64,000 nt of DNA from Felis catus (Eukaryota). Numbering within the stretch: the first letter of the stretch is position 1; each line of letters opens with the position of its first letter. The notes beneath the pieces are model-generated. The model saw only the letters and a list, made by a program, of their open reading frames with translations, searched no databases and was not told the DNA's origin. Of the stretch, positions 13,339 to 27,554 are shown one piece after another. The DNA is taken from NCBI RefSeq assembly GCF_018350175.1, contig NC_058369.1, positions 6,882,001 through 6,946,000 on the forward strand, given 5' to 3'. The translations under genes were made by a program, and so were the position numbers.

Positions 13339-13717
13339 AGAAATCTGCTCTTTTTAACACAAGATGACTATTATAAACTCTCTGACATTTACTTGAATTC
13401 TTGTGGTGGTTGTAGGGAACGGGTTTGGTCAGCTTTTCCTTTTATTTGCCTTCTTGGTTCTTGATATACCATTGCATAGAAGGGTGTATTATCCCTGTAG
13501 CTTCCTTGAGGACACAAAGGAGAGACAAGATACAAAGATATAGCTGGCTACCTTCCTAATACACATATTTCTCTGTAAAATTACCAATCATTTTATATAA
13601 CTATAGCAGAGATATACAATAAAAAACATATGATCACCCTTCAACTCATTCCAGAATTAGTAAACATTTAAATGTTGACTTTCTGCTGTATTGGCTTCAG
13701 GTCATTTTTATAAAGTT

Positions 13718-13741
13718 ACACACACACACACACACACACAC
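13718..13741. repeat. (CA)n microsatellite
   Basis: Direct observation. Confidence 0.9.
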
Positions 13742-13780
13742 GCAAAAAGAAAGCACCTCTTTCTATACACCTCCTTTTCA

Positions 13781-13981
13781 TTTTTTTTAATGTTTATTTT
13801 TGAGAGAGAGAGACCTAGCGTGAGTGGGGGAGGGGCAGAGAGAAAGGGAGACACAGAACCAAAACAGGCTCCAGGCTCTGAGCTGTCAGCACAGAGCCCG
13901 ATGTGGGTCTCGAACTTGGGAACCACAAGATCATGACCTAGGTTGACAGACGCTCAACCGACTGAGCCACCCAGGCGTCCC
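13781..13981 (-). mobile_element. CAN-SINE
   Basis: T-tail, (GA)n, reverse head. Confidence 0.85.
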
Positions 13982-14604
13982 TACCCAGTTCTTCTTTGTT
14001 CCCCTTCTCAGAGACAATACAATCTTGAATATGATGTCATCCCCCCATGCATGGCTTTATATTGCACATGTTTTCATAAACAGGTATAGGATAAAAGGCA
14101 TTAACATCATATCTATAAGGAATGGAGAAATAAATAGTAATAAATATACCAACATAATCAGAAAATAAATTCCATAAGAATGCCCATTTTACATGGTATG
14201 GGCTGTATGGTTCCATTTATATGAAGCTTTTAAAATGCAAGAGAATGTAATTTTCATAAAATGATAATACCAATCATAGTAAAAATCACAGGGGAATAAT
14301 GTATATAAAGTGAGTGTAGTGGTTCCCCTGGGGAAGGAAAAGAATCAAGATTTGATGGTGCAGATTTATGATGTGGGGGTTTCACCTATATCTATATTAT
14401 GTTACAATAAAAACACCTAGAATGAGGACAGTAAAGTGTCTAAATTTAATGATGTCAACCAGTGGGAAACCTGGACCTTTGTTGTTATCTCTGCTATTTT
14501 TTGCTTGGGTTTATTTTTATTATGGATTACTACCTGAGAGATTTCAATATATATTTCATGTTTTCTCATGCTATAGACTTTCTGTCATATAAATTTTTAT
14601 AGGT

Positions 14605-14927
14605 TTTTTTTTACACTTTTTGCTTTTATTTTATTATTATTTTTTAAATTTACATCCAAATTAGTTAGCATATAGTGCAACAATGATTTCAGGAGCAGAT
14701 TCCTTAATGCCCCTTACCCATTTAGCCCATCCCCCCTCCCACAACTCCTCCAGTAACCCTCAGTTTGTTCTCCATATTTATGAGCTCTTCTGTTTTGTCC
14801 TCCTCCCTGCTTTTATATTATTTTTGTTTCCCTTCCCTTATGTTCATCTATTTTGTCTCTTAAAGTCCTCATATGAGTGAAATCGTATGATTTTTGTCTT
14901 TCTCTGACTAATTTCACTTAGCATAAT
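14605..14927 (-). mobile_element. LINE-1 3'UTR
   Basis: Near-identical to 43950-44290 (tttacatccaaattagttagcata...). Confidence 0.8.
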
Positions 14928-15448
14928 ATATAGGTTTTTATTTTTTCTCAACTTACAAATATGATTCATTTTACTATTTAATTCATTTTAATTGCTATAT
15001 ATTTCATCATCTGTCCATGCCAAATGAATATTGATATCATTCGTGTTCATTTCATACCTTTTCCACACAATGAAGGTTCCCAGCTAGAGGTTCAGCTCAT
15101 AAATCCTTCCCTGAAATTTGCAGTTATCATGCTAGGGATGTACTCTTTTTTTATTGTCTTTCCTCTGTTGCCCACCCCACTGCTTCCTTCTGAGAACCGA
15201 AATATTCCAGGTGCGTTGTTCATGGACCAAACACCGCACACACAATAGGAAATGTTATTAGGAGGGTCCCAGATACTCAGTGCTGTGCTGGCTGCTTGTT
15301 TTCTATGCATTGCTCATCACTGCAGCATCCCCATAAGACTTTGACAATTGCCACTCTACATCAGGGACACCAAGGCATCTCATACTGTTGAACAATTTTC
15401 CCTATTCACAAAGCAAGTGGTGGTTTGGATTAAATTCAGAATGTTTGA

Positions 15449-15673
15449 GGGGCGCCTGGGTGGCGCAGTCGGTTAAGCGTCCGACTTCAGCCAGGTCACG
15501 ATCTCGCGGTCCGTGAGTTCGAGCCCCCTGTCGGGCTCTGGGCTGATGGCTCGGAGCCTGGAGCCTGTTTCCGATGCTGTGTCTCCCTCTCTCTGCCCCT
15601 CCCCCGCTCATGCTCTGTCTCCCTCTGTCCCAAAAATAAATAAAAAACGTTGAAAAAAAATTTAAAAAAAAAA
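15449..15673 (+). mobile_element. Young CAN-SINE (SINEC_Fc type)
   Basis: TSD taaattcagaatgtttga. Confidence 0.92.
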
Positions 15674-16344
15674 ATAAATTCAGAATGTTTGAGTCTAAGT
15701 AACACACCAAATGATAAAGGCTGTCATGACCACTTCTGTCTCCCCCAGGCAAAAGAGAACGACTGCTTTACAGAAACATTTCTGTTAGGGCACTTGATTA
15801 TCTTACGAGTATCTTATAAATCTGTACTCTCTTGAAAGTCTTTGTCTTCCAAGGGTCAATAACTGCTGTGATTTCCCTCTATTTCCTTAAGAGTCTATGC
15901 ATTTGATTTTTTCTCTCATTTAGCTGTTCTTTAAAAAATGATACCCTACCTATCACCTTGGTCGGAAAAGTCCCCTTAGGATGGAGAATATCATTGACAT
16001 AGTTGTCCAGTTTCTCTTAGAATGAATCACTAACACAGGTGACTAACATGTCCATGGAGGAGTCCTATGAATTTCAGGTTTATAAGCAACATTTTAAAAT
16101 CTATGCTTAGGTGCAGAGGATATACTTGAATGGATGCCATGACCTACTGTACTTTTTCACACTGCTACTCTATTTCATGGGTACAGGTGGACATGCCTTA
16201 TAGCTAAGGGAAAAGATTTCAGGCATTTTTCAGGATGAAAATATTAAATTTTAAAAGGAAATTATGAAACATGAGAGATGGTTTAAGAATGCTAATTCTG
16301 TATCATCCAGAGGCATTAACAATGATTGGTCAAGACACTCAACT

Positions 16345-17232
16345 CATCTCATATGAGGAATTTAAGAAACAAAACAAATGATCATAGGGCAAAAAAAAGA
16401 GATATGGGCTAACCAAGAATCAGACTCTTAACTATGGAGAACAAACTAATGGTTACCAGAGGGGAGGGGGTGGGGGGATGGGTCAAATAGGTTATGGGGA
16501 TCAAGGAAGGCACTTCTGTTGAGCACCTGGTATTATGAGGAGATGTTGAATCACTGTATCGTGCACCTGAAACTAATAGTGCACTGTAATTTAAAATGCA
16601 ATAAAATATTGCTGATTCAAATAAAAGATTTGCTGATTCAAAAGGGCACATGCACCCCAATGTTTATAGCAGCACTATTAACAATAGCCAAAGTATAGAA
16701 AGACTCCAAATGTTCATGAATAATGNNNNNNNNNNNNNNNNNNNNNNNNNNNNNNNNNNNNNNNNNNNNNNNNNNNNNNNNNNNNNNNNNNNNNNNNNNN
16801 NNNNNNNNNNNNNNNNNNNNNNNNNNNNNNNNNNNNNNNNNNNNNNNNNNNNNNNNNNNNNNNNNNNNNNNNNNNNNNNNNNNNNNATATCATGATTTCA
16901 CTCATATGTGGAATTTGAGAAACACAACAGATAGAGGGGAAGGGAATGAAAAATAAGACAAAAACAGAGAGGGAGGCAAACCATAAGAAACTCTTAAATA
17001 TAAAGAACAAATTGAGGGTGCTGGAGGAGAGATGGGTGGGGAGATTGAGCTAAATGGATAATGGGCATTAAGGAGGGCACTTGTTGGGATGAGCACTGGG
17101 TGTTATATGTAAGTGATTAATCACTGAATTCTACTTCTGAAACCATTATTATACTGTATGTTAACTAACTTGGATTTAAATTTTTAAAAACTGCACTGTA
17201 TTTAACTAACTAGAGTTTAAATAAATTAAAAA
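16345..17232 (+). mobile_element. LINE-1 3' fragments (nested), with N block
   Basis: Two L1 3'UTRs and an ORF2 C-terminal piece. Confidence 0.75.
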
Positions 17233-17689
17233 AACAAAAAAAGACCGTCAAATCAGCAGTCAGACAACCTGAACTCAGATCTAGTCTTTTCCACACACGG
17301 TGTACTTCACATCCATGATATAATCTCGTCTCATCTGAGTGTCCCCAGGGGAGAATGGAGTAATAATGTGATTTAAGTCATCAGTAATTTGACAAACCTT
17401 CAGATGATTCTGAGCATGTCAAAGTTTGGGAAGCATACTCTGCAGGAGAGATTGGATAACTTTATTCTCATCTATTTGTTCAAAGGCAAGAAATACTTCT
17501 GAAGGAAGCACCATTCTTATTCATTTTAGACTCAGCACTTAGCACAGTGTGTGAAACAGAGCTGGTGATATAAGGGCCAATAGTGGGAAAAGAGGGAAGA
17601 AGATGATAGAGGGAAAAATTAGCAGAAGGAAAGATTGAAATGTTCACATTGATTCTAATAGGTTTTTTTTCATTTTCATTTTTTAGAAG

Positions 17690-17860
17690 GCACTAGCTCT
17701 CAAACTTTGGGATATATCAAATTCATCCAGAGAGCTTGCCAAAACATCAGTCACTGGTCCTCACCTCAGAGTTTATCACTAGCATGTCTGGAGTGATACC
17801 AGTATTTGTATTTCTAACAAGGTCCCCATTGATGCTGCTGCCACTCAGTCGAGGACCACT
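17690..17860. mobile_element. MER5-like hAT DNA transposon relic (another piece at ~17388-17442)
   Basis: ctctcaaacttt...tttgtatttctaacaagg...gatgctgctg...ggaccac resembles the recalled MER5A consensus. Confidence 0.55.
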
Positions 17861-17910
17861 CATCTTATTTTATTTTCACTCCATCTTTTTCCATCAGATT
17901 CATTAACAAC

Positions 17911-18849
17911 ATGGAACCCAGAAACAAAACAGGAGTTTCTGAATTCCTTCTCTTGGGATTGACGGAGGATCCAGAACTGCAGCCCCTAGTCTTTAGTCTG
18001 TTCCTGTCCATGTACCTGGTCACCATCCTGGGAAACCTGCTCATCGTCCTGGCCGTCAGCTCGGACTCCCACCTCCACACCCCCATGTACTTCTTCCTCT
18101 CCAACCTGTCCTTTACTGACATCTGTTTAAGTACAGCCACGATCCCAAAGATGCTGGTGAACATCCAGGCACAGAATCAGAGCATCACTTATGCAGGCTG
18201 CCTCACACAGATCTGCTTTGTCTTGGTTTTTGTTGGTTTGGAAAATTTTCTTCTTGCAGCAATGGCCTATGACCGCTATGTAGCCATCTGCCATCCCCTG
18301 AGGTACACCATTATCATGAACCTCCGACTCTGTGGTCTGCTGATGGTGCTCTCACTGTTCATTAGTAGTGCCAATGCCCTGCTCCATAGTCTGATGGTGC
18401 TACGGTTTTCCTTCTGCAAGGACTTGGGCATCCCACAATTCTTCTGTGAGCTTGGTCAGGTGGTCAAGCTTGCTTGTTCTGACACCCTCATCAATAATAT
18501 CCTGGCATACTTTATGGCTAGCTTACTTGGGGGTGTTCCTTTCTCTGGAATCATTTTCTCTTATACTCAAATTTTCTCCGCTGTTTTGAGAATGCCATCA
18601 GCGGGCGGGAAGTATAAAGCTTTTTCCACCTGTGGGTCTCACCTGTCAGTTGTGTTCTTGTTCTATGGGACAAGTATTGGAGTGTACATTAATTCTGCAG
18701 TTACTGACTCTTCCAGGAAGACTAACATGGCTTCAGTGATGTACATTGTCATTCCTCAAATGATGAACCCCTTTATCTACAGTCTGAGGAACAGTGACAT
18801 GCAGGGTGTCTTGAAGAAACTTGTCAGTAGGATACCTTCTCTTCTGTGA
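17911..18849 (+). CDS. Olfactory receptor, OR7G subfamily (OR7G2-like), intact, 312 aa (OR-2)
   Basis: All OR motifs present; C-terminus RIPSLL; ccatcAG acceptor 13 nt upstream of the ATG. Confidence 0.95.
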   Translation: MEPRNKTGVSEFLLLGLTEDPELQPLVFSLFLSMYLVTILGNLLIVLAVSSDSHLHTPMYFFLSNLSFTDICLSTATIPKMLVNIQAQNQSITYAGCLTQICFVLVFVGLENFLLAAMAYDRYVAICHPLRYTIIMNLRLCGLLMVLSLFISSANALLHSLMVLRFSFCKDLGIPQFFCELGQVVKLACSDTLINNILAYFMASLLGGVPFSGIIFSYTQIFSAVLRMPSAGGKYKAFSTCGSHLSVVFLFYGTSIGVYINSAVTDSSRKTNMASVMYIVIPQMMNPFIYSLRNSDMQGVLKKLVSRIPSLL

Positions 18850-19741
18850 TTGTGCCATCCACTTTGGGCTGCGTGTTTAGAATAAATCAAAGTTATAGGA
18901 GTCATATGAGGACTCGGATGCTAGATTCTTTTTTCATCAAATGCCTCTAACATGACTAGATAACATAACAGCCAAGTACATTTTGACTTGGGATTGAAAC
19001 CTGACTTTTATGTTTATTTAGCTTTGTTATGTTTGACCAATTATTGCAATTCCTCAATTTTTTTCTCAGTTCCATAGAAGCAGAACCTGAGGCAGAAGTT
19101 AAAGTTTTATAATGTTTATATGGATGATTCTCAGAAAAAGGAAAGCTGTAGAATATGGATAGCTCAGAGACAGGATAGAAGTGCAGCTGTGATCGGATCC
19201 AGACACTGGCTTCCATCTATCCCACAATAGAACGTGTCAGTGGAAACCCAAAGTCAGGCCTACAGTGAGGCAAGGGAGTTCACCTTTTACACCCCAATTT
19301 AGTAATCATAGAGACCACTCGCTGGTAAACTGTATTCTTTTGAGGCAATCTTAGCATTCACTATACACAGTTTTATTATCTATAAAATTGGTATGATGAT
19401 ATCATCTCAGCCTGAAATAATTATGAACTATTTGTACTTCATCAGTGAGGAAGTCTTCGGTTCTAATAAGAAAAAATTCCTATCTCTAAAATGGTCAAAC
19501 GATAAACAGTTGTTTGTCATTACTAGGACTTTAGAGATAGGGAATGCACAGGAACAGGGGAGTAGGCCTCACTCTGTTTCTCCATTTGGTGGCTTTGTCC
19601 TTTGACTGGTTCTCTTCAAGTCACAAGATAGTGGCAGCAAATATGGATGCCATACTTGTAACTGATTTCCAGAGACAGAAAATTGTCCTTCCCAGGGTCA
19701 GATGATAATAGGCCTTTTGATGGAGTCAACCAAAAGACATC

Positions 19742-20009
19742 TGGTGGAGGTTAAATGGTGGCCCTCAGTCCAATATGGCTAATATCCCAATCCCCTTAAT
19801 TTGTGATTAGTAAGTCATATATAATGGGGGCACCTGGGTGGCTCAGTTGGTTAAGTGTCCAACTTCGGCTCAGGTCACAATCTCGCAGTTCATGGGTTCA
19901 AACCCCATGTTGGGCTCTGTGCTGACAGCTCAGAGCCTGGAGCCTGCTTTAGATTCTGGATTTTCCTCTCTCTCTGCCCCTCCCCTGCTCACGCTCCGTC
20001 TGTCTGTCC

Positions 20010-20049
<40 letters not shown>

Positions 20050-20275
20050 AATAAATAAACATTAAAAAAAAAGTAAAGTAACTTGTATATAATGAAAGGA
20101 TGAACGTACTTATTTGGGAAAAGGGCCTTTGCAAGAGATGTACTTATACTGCATTAAACGGGTGGGTCCTAACCATAAATGATACGTTTCCTTATAAAAT
20201 AGATAGGAATGAAGGAGACACAGAAAGGAAGAAGCAATGTGACCATGGAGACAGATATTACATTGATGCAGCCAG
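19742..20275 (+). mobile_element. MLT1-like LTR relic, SINE-interrupted
   Basis: ttatttgggaaaagggcctttgca...gggtgggtcctaa...atgtgaccatggagacaga. Confidence 0.5.
19826..20072 (+). mobile_element. CAN-SINE inside an MLT1 relic
   Basis: Head, (CT)n, A-tail. Confidence 0.85.
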
Positions 20276-20277
20276 TA

Positions 20278-20447
20278 TTTTTTTAATTTATTTCTTTTGA
20301 GAGAGAGAGAGAAAGCACACAAGAGTGTGACCAGGGGAGGGACAGAAGAGGACTTGACAGGGGGCTCAAAACTATAAACTGTGAGATCATGACGTGAGCT
20401 GAAACCAAGACTTGGACGCTCAACCGACTGAGCCACCCAGGCACCCC
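20278..20447 (-). mobile_element. CAN-SINE
   Basis: TSD atgcagccagtattt. Confidence 0.85.
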
Positions 20448-21212
20448 TCATGCAGCCAGTATTTGATTTCCAGTATTTGATCATTCTTGTCCCACAAAAC
20501 TGTCATTTTTATAGGACCCTAATGTGTCTTTGTCACTCCTTAACATTGCCCAATTCTATGAATTAAATAAATTTGACCTTATATTGACCTTATTAGAAGT
20601 TTAAACTTAATGAATTCTCACCAACATCAGCAATATGGCAGAATACGAGGTTCCTACACTGACCATACTGGTACACACAGATTAATTTCCTTTCAGAGAA
20701 ACTCAGAAACTGGCCGGGTGGCTTGTACATATCAGGGGACTGAGAAAGGACCTACATAGAAACAGGTAAGAAAAGTTGAGGTATGCTCACACCATCGACC
20801 CCACCCCCTGGGACAGCACCTCACAACCAGAAGAGAATCCCAGACTCAGCTTATCCCTGAGGAGTGAAGGGTTAGGACCACACACATAGGGCACCAACTT
20901 TTATGGTAAACCTTAGGGACTGGCTCCCAAATCATCTAGATCTGAGAGCAATGTGGCTTGGCATTACAAGTCCCCAGATACCACAGGAAACCAATGGGCA
21001 GTTTTTACACAGGTACATGAGTATTTCTTGTGGTTATACCCCTGGGATCAGCAAAGAGGGAGGATGCGAAAACACAAGGCTCCCACTTTTCTCCTGTAAT
21101 GTGTTTGACTGCATGCTTCCCCAACTGTTGCCCAAGTTATGGGCTCTAATAAGCCTGTATCTGTAACCTGATTGGGCTCCTCTGGAAGCCTGAAATGGTT
21201 TCTGTACACTTC

Positions 21213-21427
21213 TTTTTTTTTTTTTTAATGTTTTATTTATTTTTGAGAGAGAGAGACAGAGCACAGGTGGGGGAGGGACAGAGAGAGAGGAAGACACAGA
21301 ATCCAAAGCAGGCTCCAGGTTCTGAGCTGTCAACACAGAGCCCAACACAGAGCTCAGACTCATGAACTGTGAGATCATGACCTGAGCTGAAGTCAGACAC
21401 TGAGCCAACTGAGCCACCCAGGTGCCC
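21213..21427 (-). mobile_element. CAN-SINE
   Basis: TSD tggtttctgtaca. Confidence 0.85.
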
Positions 21428-22037
21428 TGGTTTCTGTACAATTCTGATGGAGGCATCAGATGTCCTGATTTCAACCTATTCTACAAACTTACAGTGATCA
21501 AAGCTGTGTGATACTCACATTAAATCAGACACATAGATCAATGGAACAGAACTGAGAGCCCAGAATAAACCCTCACATATACAATCAACTTGTATTTGAC
21601 AAAGGAGTCAAGGATACTCAAAAGAGAAAGGATAATCTCTTTAGTAAGCAGTGTTGGAAAAACTATATATCCTCATGCATAAGAATGNNNNNNNNNNNNN
21701 NNNNNNNNNNNNNNNNNNNNNNNNNNNNNNNNNNNNNNNNNNNNNNNNNNNNNNNNNNNNNNNNNNNNNNNNNNNNNNNNNNNNNNNNNNNNNNNNNNNN
21801 NNNNNNNNNNNNNNNNNNNNNNNNNNNNNNNNNNNNNNNNNNNNNNNNNNNNNNNNNNNNNNNNNNGTGTGTCTACATCAAACTAAAAAGCATCTGCACA
21901 GCAAAATGAAAGGCCTACCTATGGAATGAAATACTTATAAATCATCTATCTGATGAGGTTAATAGCCAAAATATATTTTAAAAAACATATAACTCAATAG
22001 AAAAAAATAAACACTGTGATTTAAAAATGGGCAGATT

Positions 22038-22404
22038 GGGGCGCCTGGGTGGCTCAGCCGGTTAAAGCCTCTGACTTTAGCTCAGGTCACGATCTCACTG
22101 TCCGTGAGTTCAAGCCCCGTGGCGGGCTCTGGGCTGATGGCTCAGAGCCTGGAGCCTGCTTCCGATTCTGTGTCTCCCTCTCTCTCTCTGCCCCTCTCCC
22201 GTTCATGCTCTGTCTCTGTCTGTCTCAAAAATAAATAAACGTTAAAAAATTTTTTTAAAAATAAAAAAAATAAAAAAAATAAAAATGGGCAGAGAAGGGG
22301 CGCCTGCATGGCTCAGTCGGTTGAGCATCCGACTCTTGATTTCGGTTCAGGTCATGATCTCACCATTCATGGCATCAAGCCCTGAGTTGGGCTCTGCACT
22401 GACA
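22038..22404 (+). mobile_element. Two consecutive CAN-SINEs (second runs into an N block)
   Basis: TSD aaaatgggcaga around the first. Confidence 0.85.
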
Positions 22405-23828
22405 NNNNNNNNNNNNNNNNNNNNNNNNNNNNNNNNNNNNNNNNNNNNNNNNNNNNNNNNNNNNNNNNNNNNNNNNNNNNNNNNNNNNNNNNNNNNNNNN
22501 NNNNNNNNNNNNNNNNNNNNNNNNNNNNNNNNNNNNNNNNNNNNNNNNNNNNNNNNNNAAAATAAAAATTTAGCAGAGGAACTAAATAGATATTTTCTAA
22601 GGAAGACATATAGTTCTAGCAAATTTTTGGTGGAGTGTTTTAGGTTTTCTATGTATAGTATCACATCATCTGCAAATAGTGAGAGTTTACTTCTTCCTTG
22701 CTGATTTGGATGCTCTTGGCTTCGTTTTCTTGTCTGATTGTGGAGGCCAGGACTTTCAGTACTGTTAAATAACAGTGGTGACAGTGGAAATTCCTGTCTT
22801 GTTCCTGACCATAGAGGACAAGCTCTCAGTTTTTCCCCACTTAGGATATTAGCTGTAGGTTTTTACNNNNNNNNNNNNNNNNNNNNNNNNNNNNNNNNNN
22901 NNNNNNNNNNNNNNNNNNNNNNNNNNNNNNNNNNNNNNNNNNNNNNNNNNNNNNNNNNNNNNNNNNNNNNNNNNNNNNNNNNNNNNNNNNNNNNNNNNNN
23001 NNNNNNNNNNNNNNNNNNNNNNNNNNNNNNNNNNNNNNNNNNNNNNNNNNNNNNNNNNNNNNNNNNNNNNNNNNNNNNNNAGTATGATGTTCCTCAAAAA
23101 TATAAAAATAGAACTACCATATGATCCATCAACCCCACTTCTGGGAATATGTCTGAAGAAGATGAAATCACTGTCTCGAAGAGATATGTGCACTCTCATG
23201 TTCAGTGCAGCATTGTTTACAAATAGCCAAGACATGGAAACAACCTACGTGTCCAACAGCATTAGATGGATAAAGAAATGTGATTGGCATATGAATGTAT
23301 ACACACACGGGTGTGCATACAAACTATGGAATATTATTCATCCATAAAAAAGAGGGAAATCCTGCCATTCAAGACATATGGATGGACCTAGAGGGCATTA
23401 TGTGCAGTGAAATAAAACAGACAAAGGCAATACCATATGATCTCACTTATATGTTGAGTTCAAAATGAAACGAAACAAAACAAAAACCTGAGCCTCAAAA
23501 TACAGATTGGTAGTCGCCAGAGGTAGGGACGGGTGGGGGGTAGGGTAGGTGAAATGGGTGCAGGTGGTCAAAAGGTACAAAATTCCAATTATACATCATG
23601 GGGATGTAATGCAATAAATTGTAGTGCGTATTTTAAAGTTGCTAAGAGAGGAAATCTTAAAATTTTCATCACAAGAAAGAAATATTTGTAACTATTTATC
23701 ATGACCACTACTAACTAATTGTGGTGATCATTTCAAAATATATATACAAATATTGAATCATTGCGTTGTACACCTGAAACTAATATAATGTTTTATGCCA
23801 ATTGTACCTCAATCAAAAAATTAAAGAT

Positions 23829-25090
23829 GGAGGTGACTGGGTGGTTCCATCAGTTGAGTGTCCAACTCTTGATTTCAGCTCAGGTCATGACCCCAGGGCA
23901 GTGGGACCAAGCCCCATGTTAGGCTCCACACTGAGCCTGGAGCCTGCTTAGGATTCTTTCTCTCCTCTGCCCCTCCCCAGCTCGCACTCTCTCTTTTTCT
24001 GTCAAAAAATAAAAATAAATTTAACAAAAAAAGAAAGAAAAACCATAAATATCCAGCCAGGGAAAAAAAAAGTAAAATAAAATAAAATGGTTTAAAGCTG
24101 AAAAAAAAGAACTTCTGCAAAAAAGAAAAGCCATAAACAGATTTTTTTAATTTTTTTTTAATGTTCACTTATTATTGAAAGAGAGAGAGCGTAAGCAGGG
24201 TAGGAGCAAAGGGTGAGGGAGGCACAGAATCTGAAGTAGGCTCCAGGCTCTGAGCTGTCAGCACAAAGCCCGACGTGGGGCTCAAACTCACAAACCGCGA
24301 GATCATGACCTGAGCTGCAGTTGGACGCCCAACCAACTGAGCCACCCAGGTGCCCCCATAAACAGATATTTAACAGAGAGTAAAAATAAATGGTTCATAA
24401 ATATATGAAATAATATTCAACCTCATTGATAGGGGAAATGCCAAATAATAAAAGAATTTTATGCCTGATAGATTATCAGTATAAATGAAAACATGCAGGT
24501 GATGATATGCATCACCGGGAAATTTTGGGGAGCTTGTTAAGTGATTCAATCACTTAGGAAAAGTCTTTAGAAATATCCAGGGGTGCCTGGGTGGTGCAGT
24601 TGGTTAAAAATCTGACTCTTGATTTCAGCTCAGGTCATGATCTCATGGTTCATGGGATCAAGCCCTGTATTGGGCTCTGCACTGACCATAAGGAGCCTGC
24701 TTGGGATTCTCTCTCTCTCCCTCTCTCTCTGCCCTTCCCCCCCCCCAAAAAAAATAAATAAACTTAAAAAAAAGAAATATCTAAAGGAGAAGAAGTATAT
24801 TCATATACATAATAATCTATTCCAAATATAAGACATTCTTTTCTCCTCCATTAAATGTTTACGATAATATTCAGGGGCACCTGTGTGGTTTAATCAGTTA
24901 AACGTCTGACTTCAGCTCAAGTCAGGTCATGATCTCATGGTTTGTGAGTTCCAGCCTGTGTTGGGCTCTGTGCTGACAGGTCAGAGCCTGGAGCCTGCTT
25001 TGGATTCTGTGTCTCCCTTCCTTGGCCTCTCCCCTGCTCATGCTATGTCTCTCTGTCTCTGTCTCTCAAAAATAAACATTTAAAAAAAAA
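23829..25090. mobile_element. Four CAN-SINEs (23829-24035 +, 24141-24357 -, 24580-24773 +, 24874-25090 +)
   Basis: Typical heads and tails; TSDs such as ccataaacagat, agaaatatc, gtttaYgataatattca. Confidence 0.85.
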
Positions 25091-26615
25091 GTTTATGATA
25101 ATATTCAAACTGATTTGAAAAGCAATTTTCTTTATAGATGAAGACAATACCAACCAAAACATCTTTCAACCTCACAAGAATACCTATCTTGTCAGACACT
25201 TAATAACAGAGGTGAAAATAAATTACTGCTAAAATCACTTTGAAAACACAAAGATAGAAAAGGAATCAAGACACAAAATGCATACATTAAAATTTAACTT
25301 TTAACTTGTTCAAAAAGAAGAAAATTGACAAAATGGATAGGGATACATATGGGTGATAATAACATTGAATCCCATCGCCCATTTTACAGGGCAAATATGA
25401 TCAAATACTGACAACTTCATAGGATTCAACCTCATAGAAGAACATCAAACAAAACAATAAATACAAAATGTAATACAGTGTTTGTCACTGGGGAGAGAGA
25501 GGGTAATGTGGCTGGGACACCATCAAGTGGATTCTTTGTGGCACTATTTCTTCACCTGGGTGAGAGGTATATGTCTTTCACTAGGCTACTATTTTTTTTT
25601 AATTATAGGTACATTTTATATACTATTTTGTAAATATTTTAACAAGAAAACTTTAGGAAACATGCTCATATTCCAGATTCTAAATGCATTCTTCCATAGA
25701 TCCCTTCAATCTGTTACAACCATCTGGACCACAAGGGGAGCCAGACCTAAGAGGAAGCCACCATGTGGAGCAATGAATGAAGACTTATTGTCCAGTTCCT
25801 GCATGTTCCTACTTCTGAAGTCCTTACAACGAAACATCTCTTTTGTACAGCTTTATGGAGGTATAATTAACAAAACTGGGTAAATTTAAGGTGTACAAGG
25901 TGGTGACTTGATATACCTATACACTGAGTACTCATTACCACAAGACAGTTAATTAACATGTCCTTCACCTCAAAAAACTTCATGTTTTGAGCATATTAGA
26001 ATCAGGGGACCTTTTTCTTATTACAATCAAAGACTTCCTCACTAATAAAGTTTAATTATCCCCTATCACGTCAAACCACTAAGATAACCTAATAATGCCA
26101 ATGTATATTTAATGGAACTGAGCATAGTGGAAGCTGATGTTGACCTCCACAGATACAGTTTCCAGTGACTGGACTGGGTGATCATTGAACTGGGGTAAAA
26201 ATCTCCACATGTGGCCTCCAAGGAGTTCCAACACTGAAGTTCAGTTCTCACAGTATGATTCTGGAATTGGGTAGAATCACCACATCCTCATTTAGATTCT
26301 TGCCCTGCCTTATCCACCTTATTCCACTTCTCTTCTGAAAACAAACCTCACAAAATCACTACCACAAGAACCCCTGACTCAGGTTCTTCTTTTGGGGAAT
26401 CTAACTCAGAAACTGAGATTAGAGATTTGAAATCGCTTGCCAAACACAACAGAGCTGGATAAAGTGCAAATTCATTCTCCTAATGCACATGGCCACTACG
26501 ATACCTTGTATTTCTAGAAGAAGTTGATGATGCAAAATTCAGACATTCTGTCTCACCCTATATTTTGGTCACTTTGACTCATTCCAGAAATCCCAGTCCA
26601 ATGCCAATGACATGG

Positions 26616-27554
26616 TCACAGAGGAGAAGGTGTCCTACTTACGAGTTTTCTCAAGGCTCCCTTCATATCCCTGTTCCTCAGGCTGTAGATGAAAGGGTTC
26701 ATCATTTGAGGGACAACAGTATACATCACTGAAAGCACCGCAGTGTTTCTGGAAGAGTTAGTAAAAGCAGAACTAATGTACACCCCCAAACCTGTCCCAT
26801 AGAACAAAGACACAACTGACAGGTGAGACCCACACGTAGAAAACGCTTTATACTTTCTGCCCACAGATGGCATCCTCAAAACAGAGGACACTATCTGAGT
26901 GTAAGAGAAAATGATTCCACACACAGGGATACCACCGAATAGGCTAGTTGCAAAATATATCAGGATGTTATTGACGAGGGTGTCAGAACAGGCGAGCTTG
27001 ATGACCTGAACAACTTCACAGAAGAAGAGAGGGATTTCGACGTCTGTGCAGAAGGTCAGCTGCAACACCATCAGACTGTGCATCAGGGCATCCACAGTGC
27101 TAATGCACAAGGAGACTAGAATCAGCAGGCCACAGAAGTGGGAGTTCATGATGACTGTGTACCTCAGTGGGTGACAAATGGCCACATAGCGATCATAGGC
27201 CATTGCCGCAAGAAGAAAACTTTCCAAACCACCAAAAGCCAGGACAAAGTAGATCTGGGTGAGGCAGCCTGCATAAGTGATGCNNNNNNNNNNNNNNNNN
27301 NNNNNNNNNNNNNNNNNNNNNNNNNNNNNNNNNNNNNNNNNNNNNNNNNNNNNNNNNNNNNNNNNNNNNNNNNNNNNNNNNNNNNNNNNNNNNNNNNNNN
27401 NNNNNNNNNNNNNNNGGACGATGAGCAGGTTTCCCAGGATGGTGACCAGGTATATGGACAGAAACAGAATAAAGAGAAAGGGCTTCAGTTCTGGATCCTC
27501 TGTCACTTGCATAAGAAGGAATTCGGAAACTGCTGTTTTGTTGCTGGGTCCCAT
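26616..27554 (-). CDS. Olfactory receptor, OR7G1-like, apparently intact with an in-frame 132-nt N block (OR-3)
   Basis: [24 protein letters not shown] start and [19 protein letters not shown] are typical of OR7G1 (recalled). N run 27284-27415 covers TM2. Confidence 0.88.
   Translation of the reverse strand: MGPSNKTAVSEFLLMQVTEDPELKPFLFILFLSIYLVTILGNLLIVXXXXXXXXXXXXXXXXXXXXXXXXXXXXXXXXXXXXXXXXXXXXXITYAGCLTQIYFVLAFGGLESFLLAAMAYDRYVAICHPLRYTVIMNSHFCGLLILVSLCISTVDALMHSLMVLQLTFCTDVEIPLFFCEVVQVIKLACSDTLVNNILIYFATSLFGGIPVCGIIFSYTQIVSSVLRMPSVGRKYKAFSTCGSHLSVVSLFYGTGLGVYISSAFTNSSRNTAVLSVMYTVVPQMMNPFIYSLRNRDMKGALRKLVSRTPSPL

Larger units (their letters stand above)
20620..23822. mobile_element. Cluster of old LINE-1 fragments interrupted by SINEs and N blocks
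   Basis: 5'UTR-like 20620-21190; ORF2 pieces (KIELPYDPSTPLLGI) and 3'UTR at 23084-23820; minus-strand piece 22610-22866. Confidence 0.7.
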
